Shown here piece by piece: positions 7,497 to 16,375 of a stretch of 64,000 nt of DNA. The stretch spans positions 1 to 64,000 of IMG/VR virus record IMGVR_UViG_3300050138_000621, one strand, 5' to 3'. Each line of letters starts with the position of its first letter. Position 1 is the stretch's first letter. A program made the position numbers and the translations under genes. The stretch comes from a virus. The notes under the pieces are model-generated. The model searched no databases. It was not told the origin of the DNA and saw only the letters and a program-made list of their open reading frames with translations.

Positions 7497-9512
7497 TTAG
7501 TTCCTCGGCGCTTGCTTCTTGGCCGCCTCAACGATGTCTTTCGTGGCCTCTTTCAGGTCGGCTTCGAGCCCCTGAGTGAATCGCTCCATGATCTTCCGGT
7601 GCTGAGACAGGAGCCGGCGCTGCGACTTGGGGAGCTGCTCCTCTTTCTTGGTCAGCAGCCCGATGGCCTGATCGATCGACCTGGTCAGATCTTCGCCGCC
7701 GTCGCCGGCGGGCTGATCTGTGGGCGCGTCACCTTTTCCGCCTTCGGCCGGTGGGGCTCCGCCGGGCGGCACAGCTGCCGCGGCCTGTTGCGCGGCAGCG
7801 TCCGCCTGGACCTGCTGAAAATAGAAGGGATCGCGGAGGTACTGGAACTTCGGGTCCGCCGAGGCCCCGGGCACGTCGAAGAACGTCTCCATGATGACGC
7901 CGACGGGGACGTACTTGTCGAGGACGGCCTGCCACTGCGGGTTGAGGAGGAAGTCGCCGCCGAACTTCTTCGGGAGCGTCGGCTTCTCCACCTTCTGCAT
8001 GATCTGGTTGATCGTGAGGTGGAGAGCGGCGTCCTGCTGAAGACGGACCGATTCCTTTTCCTCGGTGTCCGCGTCCAGACCGGTGAGTTCCACTCGGCAC
8101 ATCTGCGCCAGCTCGGGATCGATCAGCGGGAAGAGGACGTTGTTGGTGAAGTCCTCGAACTTCGTGAGCAGGGGCCGAATCCCGACGTCCCGCGCGGCCG
8201 TCATCTGGAACTGGTTGTTCGACTCCGACAGCGCCTGGCTGTTCGGGCCCTTCGAAAGGTAGGCCCAGCCCGGCAGCTCGTCGGGGCTCATCATGAACGC
8301 GCTCAGGATCGAGCGGGCGTTCATGTCGGTGAGGTACGTGAACTCGGCGTCGCGTGAGGCGCCGTCCATCGTGATGAACTCGACCTCGTCGTTGGGCGAA
8401 ATCGAGAACGTCGGCAGGCGCCAGGAGTTGTTCACCCCGTTGATGGATGCCTGGAAGTTCTGCTGGATCGTCTTCAGCATGTTCTCATCGACGTCGTCCG
8501 ACTTGAACACCAGCATCCCGCGCGCGGCGCGGCCGGTCTGGAAGTAGAGCTGGTTGTGCTGGGTGATGTTCAGGTGCGTGAGCACCGCCTTGATGCAGGT
8601 GTCGAGCGGCGGGACCGGGTATCCGTCGTTCTCCCAGTCGTTGACCGGGTCGAAACTGAAGACTGCAAGCTCTTTGTCGGTGAAGACCTGCCAGGTGACG
8701 CCATCGATCACTTGCACCCAGTCGAAGTGCTCGGGGGCCCCGCCCTCGGTCACCAGCTTCAGATTCTTCAGTTTCTCCAGGGCGATCTTCGACCGCTCGC
8801 GGACGCCGTCTTGGCCAGCGTCTTGTGGGTTGGCAAAGAAGATCGTCGAGACGTCGACGGGCCGGAAGTGATGGAACTCGTCCTTCCCTCCAAACTTGGT
8901 CTTGGGGATGATTTCCGTGGCGATACGCCCCAGGACGACGGCGTTGCGCGCGATCATTTGGAGGTAGGTGGCGAAGGACATCTGATCCTTCTGGGCTACC
9001 TCGTCGGTGTCACCGCAGGTGCTCAGTCTCGCGACCGCTGAGTCGATCTTCTTCTGCAGTTCCGTCTTCTGGATGTCGCTGAGGTTGTCGAGGACGCCGG
9101 CCTTGGCGTTGATCTTGAACCCAGTCTTAAAACGGGTCGGGCGCGGGCGGCCGAAGGACCCGATCTGCATCTCGCGGGCGCGGACGATCGCGGCCACGAG
9201 GTCGTCCTGGATGGCGATCCGCTTCAGGAACGAGTCCGGGACGCCCCTGGTCTTGGGCTTGTAGATCGAAATGTACTTGCCCTGCGTGGGCGAGACCTCG
9301 AACGCGAGGCGCTCGATGGTCCGGCCGCCGCCGCTGAGCACGCCGACGAGGGCCTTTTCCAGGGTCTCGTTCTTGCCCAGCTCCGCGCTCTTGGAGTCGA
9401 TGCTGAACCGGACCGGCTTACCCTTCTTGGCCGGAGGCGGCGCCGTCGTCAGGAGCGGGAACCGCTTCGTAAGCGACGACTCGGACTTTTTGAATAGATC
9501 GGTGGCGCTCAT
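7497..9512 (-). CDS. portal protein
   Basis: 671-aa ORF between the terminase region and the head-morphogenesis gene. Size and position are typical of a portal. No motif-level proof. Confidence 0.55.
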   Translation of the reverse strand: MSATDLFKKSESSLTKRFPLLTTAPPPAKKGKPVRFSIDSKSAELGKNETLEKALVGVLSGGGRTIERLAFEVSPTQGKYISIYKPKTRGVPDSFLKRIAIQDDLVAAIVRAREMQIGSFGRPRPTRFKTGFKINAKAGVLDNLSDIQKTELQKKIDSAVARLSTCGDTDEVAQKDQMSFATYLQMIARNAVVLGRIATEIIPKTKFGGKDEFHHFRPVDVSTIFFANPQDAGQDGVRERSKIALEKLKNLKLVTEGGAPEHFDWVQVIDGVTWQVFTDKELAVFSFDPVNDWENDGYPVPPLDTCIKAVLTHLNITQHNQLYFQTGRAARGMLVFKSDDVDENMLKTIQQNFQASINGVNNSWRLPTFSISPNDEVEFITMDGASRDAEFTYLTDMNARSILSAFMMSPDELPGWAYLSKGPNSQALSESNNQFQMTAARDVGIRPLLTKFEDFTNNVLFPLIDPELAQMCRVELTGLDADTEEKESVRLQQDAALHLTINQIMQKVEKPTLPKKFGGDFLLNPQWQAVLDKYVPVGVIMETFFDVPGASADPKFQYLRDPFYFQQVQADAAAQQAAAAVPPGGAPPAEGGKGDAPTDQPAGDGGEDLTRSIDQAIGLLTKKEEQLPKSQRRLLSQHRKIMERFTQGLEADLKEATKDIVEAAKKQAPRN

Positions 9513-10502
9513 TTATTCGGCCGAGATGACTGACCCGTTGGCCGTGGCGGACGAGCGGTTGATCAACGTCGCCTGCCACACGGGGCCGAACTTCATGAAC
9601 ACGCCCATGAAGCGGCTGTTCCCGGGCAGGAGCGGCGTGACCTCGTTGGAGACGTCGGTGCTCCCATTGAGCTGGACGATGATCTCCTGGTCGGTCTCGA
9701 TGAGGAGGAAGCGCTTGGCGGACGTGTAGACGGCGACGCCTGCCGCGGTGGGCTCGATCCCGGTCTGGTTCGCCAGCGGCAACAGGGCCTGGAACTCAAT
9801 CCAGCCGGCCGTGACCGCCAGGATCTCGTACGAGGACAGGGCGCTGGCGGCAAATCCCGCTGAAAGTCTCAGGGTGTCGCCGATCTGGGTCCCGGACGGC
9901 GAAAATGCGAAAAAAGAGACGTCATCCGAGGGAGTGACGGTCTCGGAGGTGGCCGAGAACGCGCCCGTGCCGCGGGTGAGCACCAGGACCGTCGAGGAGG
10001 CCGTGAGTACGGTCCACCAGCCCTCGTTGAGCGAGCTGAAGGGGCCGGCGGGGTCTCCGGTCGACAGCCCCGGGACGAACACCTGGTCGCCAGCCAGGAT
10101 CGCCGAGAACGGGGTGCCGGACTGGGCGGTGAACGAGACGCTGAGGTTCGCGTTCACCGTCACCACGACGGCGATGGTGTTCAAGGTGACGGCGCGGGCG
10201 GTGCGGAAGCCAGGGGCGGTGCCGCCGGTGGCAGCCAATCGGTAGCGGGAGGCGGAGAGCGGGCTGGAAGTGAGCGAAAAGACGGTCGTATTGTCGACCG
10301 TGAGGCTTCTCGTGCCATTCAGGAACGTCTGGGTGGCGCCGGGGGGCAGCTCGAACGGAACGGTGCCGGGGTTCTCGAAGGGAAGGTTGATCAGCGAGGC
10401 CCCCCACCTGATTGGTGTCTTCAGGGGGTTGCTGGTTCTCGCCGAGTCGTTGTAGGCGACGACCTTCATGGCGAGCGAAAGGTTAGAGAGAGCCATCGTC
10501 AC
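9513..10502 (-). CDS. hypothetical beta-rich Ser/Thr/Ala-rich protein between terminase and portal
   Basis: 329-aa ORF with a GTG start. CAATCAT lies 3 nt upstream (9 nt from the in-frame ATG). Confidence 0.6.
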   Translation of the reverse strand: MTMALSNLSLAMKVVAYNDSARTSNPLKTPIRWGASLINLPFENPGTVPFELPPGATQTFLNGTRSLTVDNTTVFSLTSSPLSASRYRLAATGGTAPGFRTARAVTLNTIAVVVTVNANLSVSFTAQSGTPFSAILAGDQVFVPGLSTGDPAGPFSSLNEGWWTVLTASSTVLVLTRGTGAFSATSETVTPSDDVSFFAFSPSGTQIGDTLRLSAGFAASALSSYEILAVTAGWIEFQALLPLANQTGIEPTAAGVAVYTSAKRFLLIETDQEIIVQLNGSTDVSNEVTPLLPGNSRFMGVFMKFGPVWQATLINRSSATANGSVISAE

Positions 10503-10526
10503 TCCATGATTGCGGGTCGGCTGAGA

Positions 10527-13500
10527 TCAGAGCGCATACTTGAAGCCACCCTTCTTGCCGGACTGACCGTCCGGGCCGCCCTCGATGATCCCGTTGTCCT
10601 CTTTCCACTTTTGGAACCAGTTGGCGGTGTGCTTCCGGAAGTTCTCCAATGGGGTCGGGGGCGCCTTCTTGGCGTCGTTGGCTGGGGCGGAAACGATGCG
10701 CTTGTTGGGCGGGAACTCGTTCATGACGAGATAGCGGAGGCCGTCACATTCGTCGTCGTCCTCCTCGTCCGGGACGTCGGTGGGGTCCCCTTGGGAGTCG
10801 ATCGTCCAGTGGTACTGGGACATGTTCTTGTAGAGCACCTCGACTCCGGGGTCGCCGGCCAGGAAGTAGAGCAGGGGCTCGCCGAGGGTCGGGCGGAGGC
10901 GCATGCAGACGATATCAATGCCATCGTTCACGGACCCCGAGCCCTTGTTCCATTCCCGCATCCGATACCCGGATTTCTTGAACATCGCGATCAACTGCGG
11001 GCTCGCGGTGTCGGGCCAGATCGACGGGTTGAACGATTTGATGTCCGCGTCACACTTGTGGATCATCGCGTCCGGCAGGAGTTCGGGAGCGCTGATGCAG
11101 GCGATGACGAAGGCGCGGGCGCCATCGATCGCCGCCAATGGCACGGCGAAATTGTGCTTGAAGCCGAAGTCCATGCCGGCGGCGAAGCGGACGCCGCGGA
11201 GTTTGAGGAAGACGATCAGCTCCGCTTTCGTCATATCCGGCCTGACCGTCTCGCCTGTGATTTTCTGGACGATTTGGGCCGGAGTGAGCATGTGGATGCT
11301 GCGCTCCAGGTGCGGGTAGATGAGACCCTCGGTTGAGGGCTTGCGGCAAAGGAGTTGGGCGTTGGCGGTCGGCACCGAAACCGTGCGGAACTGGGCCTGA
11401 GTGAAGGAAATGGACCGAAGCAGAGGAGAGGTCGACTTCTGCTCGGTGGCGAGGAAGCCGCGGCAATTGTGCACTGCAACGCCATCGGCGATATAGCTAT
11501 GATCCTCTTCTACCTCTAGGTTGAATACCTCGCCGGCATAGGCCGTCACGGAGCTGTCATCTAGGCGATATTGATTATATCCATTCTCGAATTTGTACAC
11601 GCTGGAGCGATGGCGCAGAACATGGCCTATGCGATTCCAGGACACCTGATAAGACTGTCTCTTGCCAGCGATCGGGGGGAGGGTCCTAAATCGCGGACAG
11701 AGCCCAAGCCTGGATGCAATAAGGAACAGTTGGGAGGCAAGGTCGCGGCCCGTGATGTCTATATCAGATCTGCTCTCCAAGCCCTTCTTCCCGTCCCCGT
11801 CAAAAACCCCATTGAGGATGGCCGCCTGGACCTTCAAATCCATGTCCAGCAATGAGGGATGGATCTTTTTCTCATCGCAATATTCGCCACATAAGGCAGA
11901 GAAAAGATCTGCCATCGTAGAGCCGTATATGTACGTGGCCGCTCCAAGCGATCGTGCGCTTTTGGGCGAAGTCTTATAGGGCAACCCGAAAGACTCCGCA
12001 AATGCATGGAGACGGGCGTGGAAGTCGACCTCCTTTACGTGGCTAGAAAAGCACAGTGAATTCTTCGCCCTCTTCCCCCCACGCGCATGTTTTCCAAAAC
12101 TCCCCTCCGCCAGAAAGAAACCAAGAGTCCACGCAAAGTCTTCGGTGATTTGGATATCTACGGGCAGCGCATATGCGCGCTCCGTCCTGGACCCAGTACG
12201 CGCACGGTGGTTGTGGACCAGCATCGGAGCGCGGATGAAATCGATCAACGATATCTGAGAGGCTCTGGTTGGAGAAAAGCCGGACGGAAGCGACAAAAAG
12301 TCATTTGGCGTACGTATCCCGTCAGGAACGTGACCCGTAAAAGAGAGATCCGAAGCCTGCATGCGAGAGGCCTCTACGAAATCGTTCCCGTTAATAAAAT
12401 ACGGATGCTCAGGAGTAACGATCGTGTCTATCGCCCAGGCCCCGTGACGAACGGAGAGGGCGGGGCCGCTATAAGGCCTGCTCATGACCTCAGTTACTCG
12501 GCGGCGTGCCCCAGTGTGTGAAATAATAACGTCCCCGATAGAGATCTGGCAAATACTTCGGAACGTACCGTCCCCCATCAGAATCTGAGTGTCAGGAGCA
12601 AAGCAGGAGGCGAAGAGCTTGCAGTTCGTCAGGCAGCCGGTGTAGCCCTCCTTCTCGACGAACTTCCTCCGAGCGTCGGGATCCAGCTTGTCGTACTTCT
12701 CCTGGGAGAGTGCGACAAGATTCGGCTCGTCCAGGTAGATCGGCAGCCGGGGGAGGTCGGGGCGGTGGCGCGAGGCCGGACAGGCCTCCGTAACGTCGAT
12801 GATGTTCCAGTGTCGGATGTGAAGGCGGCGGTCCCCGTCCTTGTCGAACTCGTTGTCGATTTCCTTCTGGACCAGACCGAACGAAAACTTCCGGCTGGAC
12901 GTGAGCATCGAGATCGGGTTGACGCCGGGCCTGTCGGCTGCCGGGATCATCAGCGATTCCTGGAACGCGGCGATGTCGTTGATGACGTCCAGCTCGTCGG
13001 TACAGAAATAGGAGGCGTGAAGCCCGTTCGCCCCCTTCATCGTGCAAACGACGACCTTGATGAAGTTGCGAACCTCCACGAACGGGAGCTTTTCGACCTC
13101 TGAAAGGAGTTCGTACTCGCCCTTCGAGAGGGTCAAGCCGTCGTTGCGGTTGATGTAACGGAGGATCACCGTCGCGCCCTTGGCGTCCCCTTCCACGAAG
13201 TCGCGGAACGGCAGCTTCGCAAAGAAGCCTCTGACGTAGCCGAGGCTGATGTGGCTCTGCACCTCCACCGCGGCCATGTGCGCGACGTTGCGATTGAGGT
13301 GGAACACCATCAACAGCTCGATGATGGCCGCCGAGAGCGTCTTGAAGCATCCGCGGGCCGCATAGAACAGGGCGCGGCTGTAGTCGGGGTCGTTTGCTCG
13401 CGCCTTGGAGTAGATCTCGTAGATCATGTCCATCGGCGAGCTGTTCGAGTCCGGGTCCACGATGCAGTCGGGGATGTCCAGTTCCAAAAATAGAAGGATC

Positions 13501-13601
13501 CAGCGATGAAGCGCCTCTTTGGAGTCGCACGGGATCGCGAAGATCTTCCGCTTGATCGCTTCCTTCTGTTCGTCAGTGGTCAGGGGCGTTGGGTCGCTCA
13601 T
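10527..13601 (-). CDS. terL: terminase large subunit interrupted by an intein
   Basis: 1024-aa ORF. The exteins resemble a terminase ATPase and nuclease. Residues 333-712 form the intein. Confidence 0.7.
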   Translation of the reverse strand: MSDPTPLTTDEQKEAIKRKIFAIPCDSKEALHRWILLFLELDIPDCIVDPDSNSSPMDMIYEIYSKARANDPDYSRALFYAARGCFKTLSAAIIELLMVFHLNRNVAHMAAVEVQSHISLGYVRGFFAKLPFRDFVEGDAKGATVILRYINRNDGLTLSKGEYELLSEVEKLPFVEVRNFIKVVVCTMKGANGLHASYFCTDELDVINDIAAFQESLMIPAADRPGVNPISMLTSSRKFSFGLVQKEIDNEFDKDGDRRLHIRHWNIIDVTEACPASRHRPDLPRLPIYLDEPNLVALSQEKYDKLDPDARRKFVEKEGYTGCLTNCKLFASCFAPDTQILMGDGTFRSICQISIGDVIISHTGARRRVTEVMSRPYSGPALSVRHGAWAIDTIVTPEHPYFINGNDFVEASRMQASDLSFTGHVPDGIRTPNDFLSLPSGFSPTRASQISLIDFIRAPMLVHNHRARTGSRTERAYALPVDIQITEDFAWTLGFFLAEGSFGKHARGGKRAKNSLCFSSHVKEVDFHARLHAFAESFGLPYKTSPKSARSLGAATYIYGSTMADLFSALCGEYCDEKKIHPSLLDMDLKVQAAILNGVFDGDGKKGLESRSDIDITGRDLASQLFLIASRLGLCPRFRTLPPIAGKRQSYQVSWNRIGHVLRHRSSVYKFENGYNQYRLDDSSVTAYAGEVFNLEVEEDHSYIADGVAVHNCRGFLATEQKSTSPLLRSISFTQAQFRTVSVPTANAQLLCRKPSTEGLIYPHLERSIHMLTPAQIVQKITGETVRPDMTKAELIVFLKLRGVRFAAGMDFGFKHNFAVPLAAIDGARAFVIACISAPELLPDAMIHKCDADIKSFNPSIWPDTASPQLIAMFKKSGYRMREWNKGSGSVNDGIDIVCMRLRPTLGEPLLYFLAGDPGVEVLYKNMSQYHWTIDSQGDPTDVPDEEDDDECDGLRYLVMNEFPPNKRIVSAPANDAKKAPPTPLENFRKHTANWFQKWKEDNGIIEGGPDGQSGKKGGFKYAL
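11466..12605 (-). mobile_element. intein with LAGLIDADG homing-endonuclease domain in terL (380 aa)
   Basis: Begins CFAPDTQILMGDG (block A) and ends ...HSYIADGVAVHN followed by +1 Cys. Two dodecapeptide motifs: LGFFLAEGSF and ILNGVFDGDGKKG. GC content is visibly lower than the flanks. Confidence 0.8.
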
Positions 13602-13940
13602 TTATTCCCGCGCAGTCAGGGCGCCGCCCGAGACACGAAAGAGCACCCGCTTCGAGATGCATGTTTCACAGGCGGCCGTGGCCGTGAATTCGAAAGATCC
13701 CCGCATCGGCCGGCAGGTGGTGACCAGGCTGAATGCGCCAGCGCCTCCTTCGATGGGCTCGGCTCGGGTGACGGGCATGCTCTCCGCGCAGGAGTAGTCG
13801 ACCGCGAAGAGCTGGCCGTCGATCGCGTAGTACGTCGCCCCGGGCGTCAGGTCGAACGTGTAGAGCTGGACGATCTCTTCCCCGCACTCACAGAGGACCG
13901 CGTCGGAGCGACTGCCGGCACGCACGATGGCGGGAATCAC
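13602..13940 (-). CDS. hypothetical protein
   Basis: 112-aa ORF tightly packed between the terS-like and terL genes. Confidence 0.55.
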   Translation of the reverse strand: MIPAIVRAGSRSDAVLCECGEEIVQLYTFDLTPGATYYAIDGQLFAVDYSCAESMPVTRAEPIEGGAGAFSLVTTCRPMRGSFEFTATAACETCISKRVLFRVSGGALTARE

Positions 13941-14569
13941 TTCGGCACCTCGGTTACGTCAATGATCTTCTCGCCCAGGAGCTGACGTGCGATGGCGTCT
14001 GCCTCGGCCGACGACATCGAGTTCGCCGCCCCTTGCTGTCCCTGGGCGACCGTCACCTTGCCGCTGAATTCGATCCGCTTCTTGTCCTGCCCCGTCGTCT
14101 TCATGAGCAGCTCTACAAGCTCCTTCAACTCCTTGGCGTTCTTCACCAAGATGACGCCCTTCAGGTCGTCCTCGTTGCGGGTAAGCATGTACCTGTCGAT
14201 CGCATCTGACATCCGCATCTGATTAACGGTCAGGAGCTTGGAGATGAAGTCGACTGTCTCCAGGGTCGTCTGGATTGCCCGATCCGGCACCGTCATCTGC
14301 AACGTCTCTTTGTACTTCGAGACGCGAGCGTCCCAGCCGTACTTGATCCGACACGCAACTATCTGGCCGAGGCTGTATCCTTTGTTGACCTTGCGAATGT
14401 CCTCGCAGGCCTTCCCGGCCAGGAACATCTCGTACATCCTCTCGGCGGTGTCTTCGGCGATCTCCAACGACTTCACCTTCAGGACGTACCGGTAGGCATC
14501 CATCTCGCGCTGATCGAGTCCATTCAGGGCGATCGTCAGGGCGGTTTCGGCGGGAGTGCTAGGCGACAT
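13937..14569 (-). CDS. putative terminase small subunit
   Basis: 210-aa helical protein two genes upstream of terL. Assignment is by position only. Confidence 0.3.
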   Translation of the reverse strand: MSPSTPAETALTIALNGLDQREMDAYRYVLKVKSLEIAEDTAERMYEMFLAGKACEDIRKVNKGYSLGQIVACRIKYGWDARVSKYKETLQMTVPDRAIQTTLETVDFISKLLTVNQMRMSDAIDRYMLTRNEDDLKGVILVKNAKELKELVELLMKTTGQDKKRIEFSGKVTVAQGQQGAANSMSSAEADAIARQLLGEKIIDVTEVPK

Positions 14570-15032
14570 TCTCCGCCTCCGCTTTCAGGCGATCGATGAT
14601 GCCCTGGATGTTCGCCCCTTTGCGCTTCTGGCCGGAGCGCGAGAACATCTTCTCGCCGTTGATGATGATGGCGAAGTCGAAGTGCTTGCCCAGGATGTCC
14701 CAGATCGAGCGATGCAGGGCGCGGTAGATCTTGTCGGCGTTCCTGGGGGCCTTGGCGTTGGTGAGGCCACGGAACTCGACCCGGTTCTCGTCCGTGAGCG
14801 TGTCGGTGGTCCCCGCCCGGCTCCCGTCGTCGCTGCGGGCAGTACCCAAAGTGGGCAGGGCGACCGCGATCTCGACATCGTGGCAATGGGGGAGGGCGAG
14901 TCGGCTCCAGTACTTCAGGTGCATCACCTGGAAGTCGTTGATGCCGCCGAAGTTCTCCGTGAACATCCGCGCCTTGACCACCTGGTCGGCAACGTTGTTG
15001 ACAGTCGGTTTCTGTTTTGCCTTAGATGCCAA
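14559..15032 (-). CDS. hypothetical protein
   Basis: 157-aa ORF overlapping its neighbours by a few nt. Confidence 0.55.
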   Translation of the reverse strand: MASKAKQKPTVNNVADQVVKARMFTENFGGINDFQVMHLKYWSRLALPHCHDVEIAVALPTLGTARSDDGSRAGTTDTLTDENRVEFRGLTNAKAPRNADKIYRALHRSIWDILGKHFDFAIIINGEKMFSRSGQKRKGANIQGIIDRLKAEAENVA

Positions 15033-15990
15033 GACGTTCCCGGATCATGGTTGAGAGCGTTTCGGTGGAGGTCCCGTAGCGGGGTATGTACTTGCCGAGA
15101 AAGCTGCGGAGCGCGGCTGGGATCCCCTCGGACTCGCGGACGACGACCTTTTTTGTGTCAGTCTTGAAGGTCCGAATCTTCGCGCCCGGGATCTGGAGGG
15201 CTTCCTTCTGGGCCTGGACGAAGTCGGCTGGGCCGCGAATGTCGATCCGCCAGTCGACTTCTGGGTCGGGGACGAGGTTGAAGGGGTTCTCGGGCGTGAC
15301 CTCGACGTAGCGGATCTGTCGGCAGACGGTTCCGGTGTCGAACGACGTCTTTTCGATGACGTTCCCAACGTCGTCAAAGACGTACAGCCAGATCGCGCGC
15401 GGTGTGTTGGCGTCGCTCAGGCTGCGCCAGCGCGGGGCGCCGATGTACGTGATCTTTCCGAAGGTGGAGGGCTTGTGGATGTGGCCCGAGAGCACTTCCT
15501 CTTGGGGGATGTCGGCTGGCTCGACGCCGTCGGGGGCGTACATGCCGTTCTCGAACTGCGCCCCCATGAAGGTCTCGTGGCAGACGACCGTTCGGGTCGG
15601 GTTCGCCCTGCAAGCGGCAACGAAGCCGGCCTTGTCGGGGTAGTAGGGAAGGAAGAGGACGCCGTCGAGCACGAGCGGCTTGTCGATCACCACGATCTGC
15701 TCCTCGTGCGCGGCCATCGCGTGGATGCTGTTGCCCTCGCCGCTGATGTCGTGGTTCCCGACCAGGGCCGAAACGGGTATCCCGGCCTCCTTGAATGCCT
15801 TGAAGGTCGAGCGCCAGAAGTTCATGACCTCTGAGCGAATGATCTGATGGCTGTGGTACTGATCCCCGAGGAAGAAGGCCTCGGCGAGCTGCTCCTTGGC
15901 CGTGGCCCGGACGAAGTCCATCAGGGCCTGGCAGTCGCCCAGCTCTGACGGCACGGCGTGGACGTCGCCTACGAAGAGAACGCGGCGCAT
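15022..15990 (-). CDS. Mre11/SbcD-like metallophosphoesterase nuclease
   Basis: Internal ATG 15990 of ORF 15022..16092 gives MRRVLFVGDVHA. Ordered calcineurin-like motifs: GDVH, GDQYH, GNHD, GHIH. Confidence 0.7.
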   Translation of the reverse strand: MRRVLFVGDVHAVPSELGDCQALMDFVRATAKEQLAEAFFLGDQYHSHQIIRSEVMNFWRSTFKAFKEAGIPVSALVGNHDISGEGNSIHAMAAHEEQIVVIDKPLVLDGVLFLPYYPDKAGFVAACRANPTRTVVCHETFMGAQFENGMYAPDGVEPADIPQEEVLSGHIHKPSTFGKITYIGAPRWRSLSDANTPRAIWLYVFDDVGNVIEKTSFDTGTVCRQIRYVEVTPENPFNLVPDPEVDWRIDIRGPADFVQAQKEALQIPGAKIRTFKTDTKKVVVRESEGIPAALRSFLGKYIPRYGTSTETLSTMIRERLGI

Positions 15991-15995
15991 GGGTG

Positions 15996-16331
15996 CTACG
16001 CGCGATCCTGCGGAGCAGCGCGCGCCCACGGCTCCTGAGTCGCCTGCAGGACGTGCTTCACCGCAATGATCTGCTCGGGCGGGCAAACGCATACCTGCTT
16101 GCCGTCGATCTCGACGGTGGCCTGCCCCCAGGACTTTTGCCCTTCACCGTTGACGAAAATGACGTCGCCAGGCCAGATGTCCTTGCCGTTGCCGAAGACC
16201 ACCGTCAATCTAACGCAGACGGTTTTGTGCTTGGCGGTGGCGAATCCATTGCTTTCGAGGGCCTCCACGCCCTTTCGCTCGAAAGGACCGCAAAGGATTT
16301 TCCCGTTGTAGCCGACCGTCGTTGATTCCAT
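15996..16331 (-). CDS. hypothetical protein, possible GroES/gp31-like co-chaperonin
   Basis: ATG 16331 lies 8 nt after a 12-mer copy. The upstream part of ORF 15996..16358 would read through the motif. About 110 aa, with ...FGNGKDIWPGDVIFVNGEG...EIDGKQV...EQIIAV resembling the GroES core. Confidence 0.35.
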   Translation of the reverse strand: MESTTVGYNGKILCGPFERKGVEALESNGFATAKHKTVCVRLTVVFGNGKDIWPGDVIFVNGEGQKSWGQATVEIDGKQVCVCPPEQIIAVKHVLQATQEPWARAAPQDRA

Positions 16332-16339
16332 GTCCTTAC

Positions 16340-16351
16340 CTATAGCGAACG
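16340..16351 (-). promoter_or_regulatory. 12-nt element CGTTCGCTATAG
   Basis: Exact match, 8 nt upstream of ATG 16331. Confidence 0.6.
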
Positions 16352-16375
16352 GGGGCAACGATTATTTGATCAGCC

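Noticed and set aside
11491-11500. Partial look-alikes of the 12-mer: gatatagctat at 11491, gcatatagag near 56965, ttataggcgc near 54456 and cttataggg near 11977.
   Set aside because: They share only the TATAG core, lie inside coding sequence and lack the CGTTCGC half. They are not counted as copies.
15996-16358. The ORF-track start (16358) for the GroES-like gene, and the track starts 4807, 48522 and 52724 for other genes.
   Set aside because: These upstream extensions use non-ATG codons and translate through the 12-mer or promoter elements. The in-frame ATG/GTG just downstream of the motif gives consistent spacing across all copies.
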